Assembly (NCBI GenBank): GCA_976551045.1
Contig: CDPCPM010000042.1
Span: 868,001 to 932,000, forward strand
Direction of reading: 5' to 3'
Origin: Glaucostegus cemiculus
Taxonomy: Eukaryota
DNA length: 64,000 nucleotides
Shown: positions 12,335-25,019 of the stretch, in pieces
How positions within the stretch are numbered: position 1 is the first letter of the stretch
How the letters are laid out: each line of letters starts with the position of its first letter
Program-made: the position numbers and the translations under genes
The notes under the pieces: generated by a model
Databases searched by the model: none
Told to the model about the DNA's origin: nothing
The model's input: only the letters and a program-made list of their open reading frames with translations

Positions 12335-12950
12335 TTGGCATTCTCACCTGAGAAGTAAAGGATTATGCTTTCAGGACACACACGACTCTGGAGTCGAATC
12401 TAAATTGGCACAAGTGTTCTGAGGAAGTGCACATTATTGGAGGTTTCATACTTTGAAAGAGATGTTACATTTAGGCTGTGTCTTCAAACCACCCCTCCTC
12501 CCACAAGACTTCATGATGGTATTTGAAGAAGAGCAGAGGAGTTCCTCCAGGGTCGAAGCAAGTATTTCTATGGTGAAGCTGCCTCTACTCTGCTTTCTTT
12601 CAATACTATTTACGTTTAAATTGATATTGTCTGCCTTAATCACCAACTCCTGTAATGCATTCCACAGCTTCAAGTTTTTTTTCTTTGTTCTAAATGCTGC
12701 ATTAAACTTACACCAATGCCTTCTACTGCTAGACTCTCCAATCACCAAAACAGTTGAATTATTGCCTTTTTTGCTGATTTTCCTTATGCTTCTTGGAGCA
12801 CTTGAATAAGAGGTGGCAATTGTCAAAGTGTTCTAGTTGGTATCTGTATACAATTAGCAGTACCAACAAACAGATTACCTTGCTATTTTCATTGGCGCTT
12901 ATAGACTTTACATGAGAAGTTTGTTAGCGGGCAGCAAGAAGATACAGGCT
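12335..12950 (+). mobile_element. Deu-domain SINE (SacSINE1/AmnSINE1-like), decayed and split by a reverse-strand insert
   Basis: gagatgttacatttaggc..., tatttgaagaagagcagaggagttcctcc, and later aaacagattaccttg..attttcattg resemble the Deu core. Similar tail pieces at ~8001-8040, 16100-16215 and ~19970-20040 (-). Confidence 0.55.
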
Positions 12951-14239
12951 ATACATTGCAACTAAGGATCAAAGCATCCCTGCATAGTCTGCACACTAGC
13001 CCTCGGGTGCAGTACCATGAGACTAATCAAGCGTAGTTTAGGCCAAGTCAAACACTCTGGTAGCTGTCTTGATTTTGCAGTTCTCGAATAACTAACACAG
13101 TCACTGCACTGAGGTATTTATCATATGTTGGCTAAAATCATGGGGTAATTTAAGAAGAGAATTTCAGGGAATAACAGCTGAGTGGTGAAATAAGGGATAG
13201 AGGGAGCCCAAAATGAAAAACACTTGTGAAAGTGAAAGACAAAACAGATGAGGATTTTTAAAAGGCGTTGAAGAGGAAATGTTGATTAACAGGTGAGGGG
13301 CGAGTGGGGTACAGTGTGGGGGGAACAGTAGACGTAGCAGAGTTTCAGATTAGCTGAAGAATTGTCTCCAATTATTCTAATGCTCACCTGCAGAGTTTCC
13401 CATCTTCTATCATACCTTTTCCGTAAACTGATCTAGCTGATCAATTCTATTAACTCACCTTTGATACTTATCCCTCGAGACCAATTTCTGTGTGGAAAGC
13501 TTGAGATGACGTTGAATCCGTATTTTGATAAATGAAAAATGATATTAGTCCTCTAAAGAACTGTAAGTGGAAATGTAGCTATAAGTAAACTGCTTGTACC
13601 AACAAGACGTGATTACGCTGGCAGAGGTCAGAAAACTAATTTGTTCAGCAGCTAGTATAAACTACTTTATTAATTGTTTCAACCTGTACTTTACTCATTC
13701 TATCAACACATTTTTAATTTGATTTTTGTCAATTGAACAATGTAGCTTGAAATTCTGATGAAACCTTCCATCATCAGATTTATAAAATCCTCACTGGGAT
13801 AAAATATTTTGAAATGCATTCCAATACTCTTTAGGAGAAATACTGACTCTTTTTTTCACCAAAAACTAGTGTGTGTTTGTTTCCTTTGCTCCAACATGAG
13901 CCTTTCTATGTACCTGTAAATTCAAAATTGCCTATAATTTCTGGATATTGGGGATAATAGATTAATGACTTTTTTCCCATATCCCTGAGGAGAGCTGATG
14001 GTAATATGGGGGAGAATAAAATGGGATTTAGTGTAAATGGGTGCTTGGTGATCAGTGTGGATCCAGTGGGCTGATGGACCTGTTTCCGTGCTGGATGGCT
14101 CTGACTCCAGGTGACCCTACAAGGCAGTTTATTAATGGTTCGGGTGCAGACTGATCTAGACTTCAACCAGTGGGGGGGTTCATTTAGGATCGAGCTCATC
14201 AAACCCCTGCAGATTTGCAACATAAGAGCCGTTACATTT

Positions 14240-15330
14240 GGGGCAACACAGTGGTGCAGCTCACAGAGCTGCTGCCTCATAGGTCCAGTGATTTGGGTTC
14301 AATCCTGACCTGTCTGTGTGGAGTATGCATGTTCTCCCTGTGACCACGTGAATTTCCTTAGGGCACTCCATTTTCATCCCACATCCCAGCGATGTTTTGG
14401 GTTGATAATTTAATTGGCCACTGTAAAATGTTCCTGATGTGTAGAGGAGTGTTGAAACTCACAAGATCACAAGATAATGGAGCAGAAGCAGGCCAGTCGG
14501 CCCATCGAGTCTGCTCCAAAGGGAAGGGAGGGTGGGGAAAAAGAGGATAAGAGAAAAAAAATCTATTCTAAGTCCAAATCCCCGCCTTATCTCCATATCC
14601 CTTGATACCTTGACCAATTAGATATCTATCTATTTCCTTCTTGAATATCCCCAATGATCTGGCTTCCACTGCTTTCTGTGGTAAGGAGTTCCACAGGTTC
14701 ACCACCCTCTGGCTAAAGAAATTCCTCCTTATCTCTGTTTTGAACCTGCTTCCTCTAATTCTAAGGTTGTGTCCTCTAGTCCTGGACTCCCCCACCAAGG
14801 GAAACAGCTTGACCACATTCACTTTGTCTATTCCTTTCAACATCTTGTACGTTTCTATTAGGTCCCCTCTCATTCTTCTGTACTCCAACGAGTACAGTCC
14901 AAGTGATGACAGTCGCTCATCATATGTAAGCTTTTTCATCCCAGGAATCATCCTAGTAAATCTCCTCTGAACCCTCTCCAACATCAGCACATCCTTCCTA
15001 AGGTATGGGGCCCAAAACTGTACACGGTACTCTAAGTGAGGCCTCACCAGTGCCCTGTATAGCCTCATCAACACTTCCTTGCTTTTATATACTATACCCC
15101 TCGAAATAAATGCCAACATAGCATTCACTTTCCTTACCGCCGATCCAACCTGGCGGTTAACCTTTAGGTTATCCTGTATGAGCACCCCTAAGTCCCTTTG
15201 TACTTCTGTGCTAGTGGGAATTGATGAGAATTGGGGAAAATAGCTTGCAGGGAAAATAAGTGAGGAATGGGAATGCTCTGTGAACTGGTATAAACTTGAT
15301 GGGTTGAAAGGCCTCCTATGTCATAAGGGA
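14240..15330 (+). mobile_element. Older HE1/V-SINE-like element split by the young CR1 at 14460-15211
   Basis: Head ggggcaacacagtggtgcagc...gggttcaatcctgacc and V-core remnant lie before the CR1. The tail resumes at ~15216 and ends gatgggttgaaaggcctcct. Confidence 0.7.
14460..15211 (-). mobile_element. Young CR1/HER1-type LINE, 5'-truncated; intact 205-aa C-terminal ORF2 (14568-15185)
   Basis: LYRALVRPHLEY.VQFWAP, LERVQRRFTRMIPG, RRMRGDLIETYK, RTRGH, FFSQRVVNLWNSLP; octamer tail (atcttgtg)2. Confidence 0.93.
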
Positions 15331-16849
15331 ATATGGAAAAAGGAATGAGAACTAATTTTAGCAACTGTATTCAAAATCTTGCTCTGAGATGAATGAGCTT
15401 TGTTATTAGAATCCGTTGGACAGTAAATTGTACTGAATGTTGCTCAGAATCATCAACTTATTCTTCATAAATCCTTCAAAGCATTTTCAGGTACAGGATG
15501 ATCCTTATGCAGAATTACTGCCATTGATTTTTTGCCATGCATGGACAACGTCAGTGCAGTGTCAGCTATGGACTGAATATAAAAGGAAACATAATATTAG
15601 GAGCAAAGGTAGAGCTCTCAGTGCCCCAGCAGCCTGAGGTTAACAAAATATTAATCTTGTCTCTTTAATTTACATGTGGAAATCATTACCATGATGGTGA
15701 CTGCAATACTGTCCTGTGGTTCAAGTGGCATTCTATTCTACCTTAAAAGACAATTCACCCTTTTTCATATAGAGAGTGCAATAAATTGATCAGTAGCATG
15801 ATCATATTGGACCATTGTTACACCCTATATATAATGAAACTTCTGGTCAGCACTTGAAATGGATAGCGAGTCAGGACTATGGAAATAGAAACACTGCATT
15901 TAGTTATAAGTGTAGCTAGGAAAACATCATGCATTTTTGGTTGGATGAATGTTCATGTGTTGTAGTCTTTTTTTATGATCTGAATATTCTAATGTGATTG
16001 TTATGTATGTTACGATTTATTTCACCAACTAAGATTACAATCGTCACATAAACTGCATTTTTCTTGTATTTTTCACATAATCCTCTCCACTAATTTAGTA
16101 GTTGGTGATTTTCTGTATTGCAACAGTGACCACACTTCACAAGTACGTCATTGCCAAAAGCTTACTTGGTGTGTCATGAGATTGTGAAAGGTACAATATA
16201 AATGTAAATTGTTCCTTTTACCTTTCAAGATCTGTTTGCATTTTGACTCGGAACTAATTCATGCCCATTAAGTACATGCCCATTAAATGGAGGATCTATT
16301 GATGGATTTGCTGGACATATTTCTCCGACAGCACCCACTAAATATGATCAAAGTACGTACCAGCATGAAAATGAAATTCCGTTAATTCTGTCTGGATATA
16401 TTCTTCTATTTATTTCAAACCAGTGAGCTTAAAAACTTCAGCTTCCAATTTTTAGATGATGCTTTATACTAATCTCAGAACATGTATCAGAAGTATGGAA
16501 GAATTGACATACTGCAAAAATGAATGGAAAATTAAATTTTCAAAGAGTACTCTCAGTCTAATTAAAAGTCTTTTCATAGCAGCTGATGAAATTTTACTTC
16601 AATATAGTTATTACCAAAGTCAGCTCATCACTTGCATGTAAAATGTATGACTGCTTTATGACAAACCATTTCCTAGAAGGTAATTTGCTTTGTTTTTGGA
16701 GTGTTAAGACACTGATGTGTAGGGTTTTTTTTATATAGGAATTCAAATCGCATTCTTGTAAAAAGATCATAATTTTGAGCATGCAACAGCGGAAATACAT
16801 TTTTAGTACCAAATGTTTCAGTGTAGAGCAATGGTTATGATGTGCATTT

Positions 16850-17300
16850 TATTCAGTTCTGGCAGCTTGCCGTGCAACAGATCAGGCCTGCTGCCTTTAA
16901 AGGCACACTGCCCATGGTAACCTGACTGCAGCAATACCGAGGAAAGAGAGGGCGGAGTGCCAAGTAGGCACTGATGCTGAGATAAAGTCCATAGCAGGCA
17001 GGAAGAAATCTGCTTGTCATGCACATCCAGCATTTATCCTTACATATCAGACCTTCTTTTGACTTATCTGGATAACTCCCAAGAAAACTAGCCTTGCACA
17101 GGCAAAAATCACACTTTCTAGATTCCATGTCTGTTTTTAAATGAGAAAGTATGGATTTTTTGATGCAGGAATGTTGAGCATACCATTGCTGTTCTCTGAT
17201 ATCTAGCTCAACGAAATGACATCAGTAGTTGTGCAACACCATTTTTTTCTGGGCAGGATTTACAAGCACATTGAGTCATGACAGAAGAACCAACTTAACT
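16850..17300 (+). mobile_element. Possible very decayed Harbinger-derived segment
   Basis: Only weak motifs: RPSFDLS at ~17049 and GFFDAG at ~17153. Confidence 0.25.
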
Positions 17301-17879
17301 ACATATTATTTAAAAGGTCAGGCAGATCTCTCTCCGGCAGTCAGCTGCAGAGCGCAGCACAGCTCTGTGCCAAACAAACCTCAAGTAGGCTTCAAATTGG
17401 GATCCCAGTCACCACAGCTCCAGGTGGTCTCACCAGATTTGCCAGCAAAATTAAATGTCCAGAAATGACAGAACACTTGCAACAAAAATAGCGGTTCCAA
17501 GTGCATTAGATCTGAAATGACTGAAACCTGTAGAAAGACATCTGACCAAACAGGTGGTATCACGACTGGACGTTGTCAGGGAGGTGTCTGTAAGGACATG
17601 ATTGCCTGCACTTTTGGGAGTCTTGCATTGCTCTCTCTTTCAGGTGTGGACACAAAAATTGCATCTATCAAAATGACGGTGCTGCTATTCTTGACTTTTG
17701 CAGTACAACAGTGAACAGTAAAGTGTCAAACGTGACAAGTACCAGAAGAAACAGCATAGAAGGATCCTGAGGCAAGGTTTCTGAGAATGAAGCTTACCCA
17801 GACTGTAAAGTTATGCTGGCACTTGTGTTTGTTTGCTTCTTGACGTTTACCTAGCAAAGCTTATGGGATCTCATGCTTC

Positions 17880-18330
17880 ATAATTAAAGGCATTGAGTAC
17901 AAAGGCAGGAAGGTTATGACAAACTTTTATAAAGCTCTGGTACGCCATAACTAGAATATTGTGTCCATTTCTGGTCACCACACTTCATGAAGATGTGAAA
18001 GTCCTTGAGATGGTGCAGAGAAGATTCAGCAGAAAGGAAGTTTATGGATTATGGATAGTTTTAAGAAGGTGGATATATATTAAAAAATCAGTTACCATTA
18101 TCTGATAAGATGAGGACAAGAAGAAACAGATTTAAGACTCTGAGCAACAGATAAAGGGGGAGGTGAGGGAGAACTCATTTACACAAGTGACAAGAAAATA
18201 GAACTTACTGCTTGTGAGGGGAGGGAAGCGGAGACAACCAATGAGTTCAAAAGGGAAATGGTTAGGCACTTAAGGAAATAAACTTCCCGGGCTGTGGGCA
18301 GAGAGCAGGGGATTGCTTCCCCAAGAGCCT
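17880..18330 (+). mobile_element. Old CR1 3' fragment
   Basis: GIEYKGRKVMT.FYKALV..LEYCVHFWSPH motif followed by decayed 3' coding sequence. Confidence 0.75.
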
Positions 18331-19254
18331 TCCTCGGCGTCATTACATCTCTGTCTGAAACTGAAAACACATCAGAAAAGCTGGATCACAGTGGGAAATG
18401 CCTGGTCAGCTTTTGTAATTGAGGCTCAGCAATCTAGGAAGAGATGTAAATGTCAGGTAAGGTATTTCAGGTAAATTTGCTTTTCAGTTTCTGGGTGCTG
18501 TAAAAGGTGTTATACATTCTAAATTCTAGACGCATCTTATCATCATCTTGTATGGATTCTTGTGCATTAAAAAGTAAATTTCTTTCTGCCAGAAAGATAT
18601 TTGTCACTCTTCTCTGAAAATGTTTGCTCTGCAAATATTTTGAGTAAGCCTGAGTTACCTTGTATTGTGTCTTCCTAACATGAATGAGAAAGGCTTCAAT
18701 AGTTAATGAAATGTTGGGTCTAATTGTCTTAATTCTGCTACTTAATACTTAATTTTTATTTATAAGTTTTCTCTACTTGTCTCCTGAATGCATTGAATTC
18801 GTCATTTGAAGTGAAATGAGCTAATTGCAGCATTTCATTATGAGGATTTTAGTGGCATTGAGATTGCTGAATGTGCATCTGTACCACCTGTGTGATTTTA
18901 CTCTGTTGTTTGCCCTGCTCTCTTGTTGGCCATGGCTTAATCTGTCTTTCCATTTCTGAGAGAGCAGAAGAATGGCAAAATGTCAAAGTAGCTAATTGCA
19001 AAGTAGTATCACAGTTCTGCGTTATTGAAGTTTAGTTTGTGCCTTCCTCAGATTTAGTTTGTGGGACACTATTAGATTGAAAGGACATTGTGGAGCTAGC
19101 CATACATTTTCAGAGAGCTTTGGGCTTTATTGGTGTCTACACCTAATCACTGATGTTAAGGACAAGTTACTCAAAATTAATCAGTAGGTTGAATTGTTTC
19201 TTGTCACTAACTCTGTTGCTCTGTTACTGCCATCTGAAGGCCAACATGTAGAAG

Positions 19255-19405
19255 ACAAAGACATTTGGACAGGTGCATAGATAGCAAAGGTTTAGAGGGA
19301 TGTGGGCCAAACACAGACAAATAGGACGAGCTCAAATAGATATAGTGGCTGGCATGGATGAGTTGGGCCAAAGACCCTGTTTCTGTGCTGTATAATTCTT
19401 TGACT
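19255..19405 (+). mobile_element. CR1 3' UTR fragment
   Basis: agacatttggacaggtgcatagatag...gttgggccaaagaccctgtttctgtgctgtat. Confidence 0.75.
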
Positions 19406-19639
19406 CTGCGTCTCACATTCTCCTCCTCACAGCTTCCCATCTTTCTGAATGGAAGATTAAGTCACTGGCAGAATGACTTCCTTTCATATCAGCTGAGGGA
19501 ATGACATGCACTGCACCACACTGTTGTTAGCTTTGCACAGCAGATTTCTTAACTTATAAATTCTTGACCCAAAACATTGACTGTCCATTTCCCTCCATAA
19601 GTACTCCCTGGTCAGCTGAGTTCCTCCAGAATCTCATGT

Positions 19640-20800
19640 GTTGCAAAGAAGAATGTAAGCTGTGATGTAATTCGTAGATGCTACAAGCAGAATGAGGAGT
19701 GAAAAGAGAGCTACAGACATCACTGAGATTTTGTTGGTGGATGGAATTTCGGTAGATAGAGACTTGAACCAAGAGTTGAAGATGAAGCAGGAGGGTAATT
19801 TGAGAAAGTGTGTTCTGAGGTCTTGGACTGGTGGAAGATGTAGATAGCAGATGATGGATAACTCCTTGAGAAGGTGATTAATGTTCATTTTGAAGAAAAG
19901 ACAGGATGACAGGATTGAGGCTTACAAGATGAGGCTAGGAGAAAGGAAAAAGAAACCATTATATTCATTTAATGTCTTTCAGAACTTCTGAATGTGCCAA
20001 AGCATTTTATAGGCAATAAAGTCAATCCTGAAGTGACAGAATACATATGTGTCAAATGACTGAGAGAACAGGTAAAAGACAGATGTGTGCTAAGGGAGGA
20101 AAATTGTAGGTAATGAATTGGTGAAGATTCACCTGGATTAAATGCAAGATGCAGACCTTTTAATTCTGGGATAATCAATAGGAGAGGTGTATTGCCTTAG
20201 AGTAATGTTAAAAAACACATATTGCTTGTTTCTTGAAATTGTGGTAAGGGTGAGGATATACAAGAGGGATGTTTGAGGACAGTTGTGGACAGGGCAATTG
20301 TTTTATTAGGGATACAAAGTAATATAGATCCAGGCTGCCTGAGCAACATAACATTTGAGCTTAAGATCCTTTGCATCTGAGGGGTTATAAAAGGCTGTAG
20401 CAGGCAGAGCATGGAGTGTGGAACACAGGGATGTCACAAATAGTGATAAAAAGTAGCTGTGAAGGAAATTGGGGAGGCACGAATGTCATTATAGAAAGTA
20501 GAATGCTCCGGGGGAATTTGGGATAAGAGAGGACATGGGGAAAAAGAAGGAGGTGATGGAATATTTTTTTTTCATCAAAGTCTAGAGATGAGAGTAAAAG
20601 GGCAAGCAATGAATGGAGATGAGATAAAGTGAGTGAAGGGATTTTAATCAGTGATGAAAAACCATTTCAACTTCCAGTGCTATCATCCTGGGAATGGTGG
20701 TCATATATGGATGAGGAGATGAGGAAGATCAATTAGACTTTGAGGAAGTGTCCAAATGAAGATTAACATCACTGATAATGAAACTAATCTTAAATACGTT
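19640..20800 (-). mobile_element. Very old L2-group LINE remnants
   Basis: Purine-rich plus strand resembling antisense L2 ORF2, with an L2/Deu-type tail at ~19970-20040. Motifs are poorly preserved. Confidence 0.35.
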
Positions 20801-20832
20801 TTTATGATATCAAGATGTTTAAGTTATTCATA

Positions 20833-22251
20833 TATTTTATTTTATTCATTCCACTTAACATGGCATATTTTCAGGAAACTAATTCTGCCTTGAAAATAAT
20901 GGTTTCCACCCCAGCAAGGATATGTGGTAACAAATTTTACTTGCTAACCATTATCAGTGCCTCTTTACTGGTATTCTGGTAGCTGAAAGATATTAAAAAT
21001 AACAATCTCTCCAGTACAACAATTGTTCTTTACAATTTAAATTTATATTCTTCATTGTAGCACCTGGATTGTCCAGCATCACTAAATGATAGCAAAAAAA
21101 AAATGCTGGAGAAACTCAGTGGGTCAAACAGCATCTGTAGAGTCAAAGGTATGGTTGATGTTTCAGGCCAAAACCCTGCATCACGAGCCATAATACAGGG
21201 TCTCAACCTGAAATGTTGACAAGTCCTTTGTCTCCACAGATGCTGCTTGACCTGCTGAGCTTGTCGTCCAGTTTTTGTTCGCTCCAGATTATACCATCTA
21301 CAGTCTCTTGTGTCTTCACCAAGACATGATTTTATTATGAAATGAACAAGAAAGATCTAAGTGATCTCATATATGAGATTTCTCAAACAGTTTGTTTCTT
21401 TTCAATCTCACATGATTTGTCTCATTTAATACAGTAATGTATTATTTGACTTTGCAGCAAAGCTGTCCTTCCATCATTATTTTATTTGATAAGATCTTTT
21501 AGTTTCCCTCTTGGTGACAACTTGCAGAAAATAAATTAGCAAGAGGTGCCTTTAAAATCTTACAGCATGTAAAAATAACTCCAGATCACAGTGATGTAGC
21601 AGCACTTATTACACTTCAGCAAGTAAAATTTTGGAATAAATGTCAAAGGAGCAGGGATGTTGATACCATGGTGCCATCAGAATAGGGATTCTTAATACTC
21701 GGCCATCCTGAGGAATATTCTTGTCAGTTTGACAGGCGTTGCTGTTGAGCTCAATGGGGACAATTGCAGAGTCCTTTTGATAATTATAGAGTTACAAGAT
21801 TTGCGTGCATAGGACTCGATGCATGATGTTTGAAGTTTGTAATCTGATTTGCATAAATAAACCACTGAAATTAAAACAGGTTATGCAAGAGCTGTGAACT
21901 CCTTCTGGTTGTAACTTAAGCAGAAACTGTCAGTCCTGATTAAAAAAAAATCCAAACTGAGGTCATGAAGGGAAATCTTTTGTTATGATTAGTTGTGGGG
22001 TGACCAAATAAAGGTTTTCAGGAGTTATAATAGTGATGGATTTGTTAATGAAACAGGATTGTATGGTCATATATTTCATAAAATTGAGTAAGCTTAATGG
22101 GAGGCACTGGATAAATAATATTTACATTGATAGAGGTTAGCAAATAAAATTTGTTACCACACATCATTACTGGGGCAGAAACCATTATTTTCAAGGTGGA
22201 ATTAGTTTCTTGAAAATATGACATGTTAAATGAAATGAATAAAAATAATAT
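20833..22251. repeat. Inverted repeat pair: 20833-20963 and 22101-22251
   Basis: ttattcattccacttaacatggcatattttcaggaaactaattctgccttgaaaataatggtttcc...tgtggtaacaaattttacttgctaacc aligns to the reverse complement of 22135-22245, and homology extends to cagtgcctc after an indel. Confidence 0.9.
21095..21320. mobile_element. Two Penelope terminal-repeat relics head-to-head (palindromic)
   Basis: atgctggagaaactcag..cagcatctgtagag...gtttcaggccaaaaccctgcatca | cagggtctcaacctgaaatgttgac...cacagatgctgcttgacctgctgag. Confidence 0.75.
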
Positions 22252-23199
22252 TAGACTAGCTGGCTCATTCTTTGACAAAAGAGCAATGGCATGTTTCATT
22301 ATCTGATCAATATAATAGACCTCCTTCTGCTGAAGATTTAGTTCACAGCTTGAAAGATTTTCTTAAAATAAAATTGTGTCATATTGCATTCTTGTGACAT
22401 CCAGAAAATTGGGCATAAAATTACTTAAATATCTTATAAGTTTGTTTTGGTCTATATCTTGGATATTTGAATGGTGTCAAATTACATTTTATTTATAAGG
22501 GAAACTAGAGATTTTATTACAGTAGGGAGAAAAAGTGTCAAAAGTCTATGTTGCTACAACATCCCTTCTATCAAGATTGATTTTATTGCCTATCTTCATG
22601 CCTGCTTCAGATTTCTGCTTCTCAAATTCATATACCTATGCCTTTTGCATAATTGTTTATTCCAGTGCTATTCTTGGTAACCAGTCTTTGTACATCCATA
22701 GACCCACCTCACTAAACAACTATATATTTTCATTCTTTTCCAGTACTCAGCTTTTTTCACACTCACCTGTATATCTACACTAGCTGTATAATTTCCATAT
22801 TTGTAATATTCATCTTTCAAAATTCCTTATCCTCACTCTGTTCACCGTGGTAACTTCTTGTAGAAGTTTTTCTTCAGCCTTGTTTTATATGCAGCTCCTC
22901 TCTAACCACCTCAAGTTAGGGTCACTTTTCCTTAACTAACCTCTTCGCACTGCATGATACCCAGCCTAGGTTTATCAAATGAACTGAACACTTTTAACTC
23001 CACAAAACAGATTTGTTTTGGAATTCATACACTTGAACAAACTGAACCAATACATAAAATATGTCATTCTACTCTCATTTGTATGGCTCTGTGAAACTTT
23101 TGATAAACTTTCTATCAGTGACCCCAGTTTACTAACAAAATGGATTGAGGTTGTGCCAGAAGACCCCATCAATATCAGAATTTTGAGATCTCCCATGAT

Positions 23200-24070
23200 G
23201 TATCACCTCACACTTGTCCAGATTAAACTCCATCTGCCGTTTCTTTCCAAAATTTGTAACTGATCTATACCTTGCTGTTTCCTTTGACAACCTTCTTCAC
23301 TGTCCACAGCTCCATCAATTTTTGTGTTATCTGTAAATGCACTAATCAGCCCACCTATATTTTCATCCAAATCATTCATATAAAAATGGAAATTAAAATT
23401 GATGGTATAGTGAACAACAAAGACAGTTCTCTGAGGTTACAACTGGATACAGATCAATTGGGAAAGTGGGCAAAGGAATGGCAGATGGAATTTAATTCAG
23501 ACAAGCGTGCAGTGATGTATTTTGGGAAGTTAAACCAGGGCAGGATATACATAGTGAATATCAGGGCTGTAGGTAGTGTTGTTAAACAGGGAGACCTTGG
23601 GTACAAGTACAGTGTTCCCTAAAAATGGAAACACAGGTGGACAGGGTGGTGAGGAATGTGTATAGCATACTTGCCTTTCTGGCTGAGGCATTGAATATGG
23701 GAGTTGAGATGTCATGTTACAATTCTACAAGATGTTGGTTAGGCAGCACTTGGAGTGTTGTGTGCAGTTCTGGTCACCACATTATAGAAAGAACATGATT
23801 AAGAGGGAGAGAGAGAGAGAGAGAGTGCAGAAAAGATTCACAAGTACTTTGCCTGGATTGGAGGGCTTGAATTATCAGGAGAAATTGGAAAGGCTTGATC
23901 TGTTTTCCCAGGAGCAACGGAGGCTGAGGAGTGACATTGTGAGAGGCATAGATAGGGTAGATAGCCTGTGTCTGTTTCCCATTGGTAGGGGTGTATAAAA
24001 CCAGAGGGCATATGTTTAAGATGAGAAGGAGGAGGTGTAAAGGAATTCTGAGGGGTGAATTTTTCACACA
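23200..24070 (+). mobile_element. CR1 RT/C-terminal fragment (+, 23390-24070) abutting an overlapping reverse CR1 RT piece (-, 23200-23388)
   Basis: DQLGKWAKEWQMEFNSDK, LVRQHLECCVQFWSPH and RVQKRFT on +; NDLDENIGGLISAFTDNTKI on -. Confidence 0.85.
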
Positions 24071-24175
24071 GAGTACTAGAACAAGTCCTGCTTGAACTTT
24101 GTACCAAGCACAACAGGCCTCAAACCCTCAAAAGGGGCCTCTCCATGTTGACAAACCATTGCATCAACTGATGTA

Positions 24176-24410
24176 ATGGCTGCTGTAAGTCAGAGGGGCA
24201 GGAGAAAGGTTAAAGCCTGTCAATACTTTACCAACCATGACCTGGAGAACCTTGTGGAGTAAGTCCATGCCAGAAGGTAAGTGCTCCTTGCCCAGAGGAC
24301 CACATGACTTTCAAATGCCGTAATCAAAAGATACTGGCAAGAGATGACAAATGAGCTCTCCACAGGGGTGAGAACTCTAAAGATGTGGAGTGATGCCTCA
24401 GAAAATACTG
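24176..24410 (+). pseudogene. Myb/SANT-like DNA-binding domain of a Harbinger second ORF (NAIF1/MSANTD-like)
   Basis: One frame from ATG 24176: MAAVSQRGRRKVKACQYFTNHDLENLVE*VHARR*VLLAQRTT*LSNAVIKRYWQEMTNELSTGVRTLKMWS. It fits F(S/T)xxxLxxLVxxVxxRRxVL...WxExxxxV...RT and contains 3 stops. Confidence 0.75.
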
Positions 24411-24477
24411 TAAAGTTACAGGATATATCTATCTGGGAGCGCTGGTACCTTGACCCCTTTTCTTCAGTTCTGTGGTT

Positions 24478-24724
24478 TAGTTTTATTTATTTACAGCGTG
24501 GTAACAGGCCCTTTCGGCCCAACGAGTCCGCGCCGCCCATTTTGAACCCCCAAAATAACCTAGCCGTACGTCTTTAGAATGTGGGAGGAAACCGGAGCAC
24601 CCGGAGGAAACCCACGCAGACACAGGAGAACGTACAAACTCCGTACAGTCAGCGACAGGAATCGAACCCCGATTGCTGGCGCTGTAACAGCGTCGCGCTA
24701 ACCGCTACGCTATCGTGCCGCCCC
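24478..24724 (-). mobile_element. Young tRNA-derived SINE
   Basis: Reverse complement of the 447-692 SINE, with CpGs largely retained. Confidence 0.92.
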
Positions 24725-25019
24725 CAGACTATGACTGCCAAACCACACAGAGTATAATGAGAGTATAATGAGAGTATAATGACAGACTCTGACTGCCAAA
24801 CCACACAGGCAACAGTTCAGACATCGTTCAGGTTAAAGTCGTGAGGAATTTCAGGTAGGCACACCTTGCAGGAGACGATTCACAGCCACAGCAGGTTGGA
24901 TGAGAGCAGCCTCCTCCTCGTGGGCACCAGGTAATCCACCCAGTGCTGAGAGTGGGTAGGAGGATGCCATCAGTCTCTGTGGTAAGCATGTATTTCAAGT
25001 ACACTCATCGATCCTCTAT

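Noticed and set aside
12446-12826. Overlapping 118-aa and 126-aa ORFs on opposite strands
   Set aside because: They lie within a decayed Deu-SINE and its reverse-strand insert, with no coding signature.
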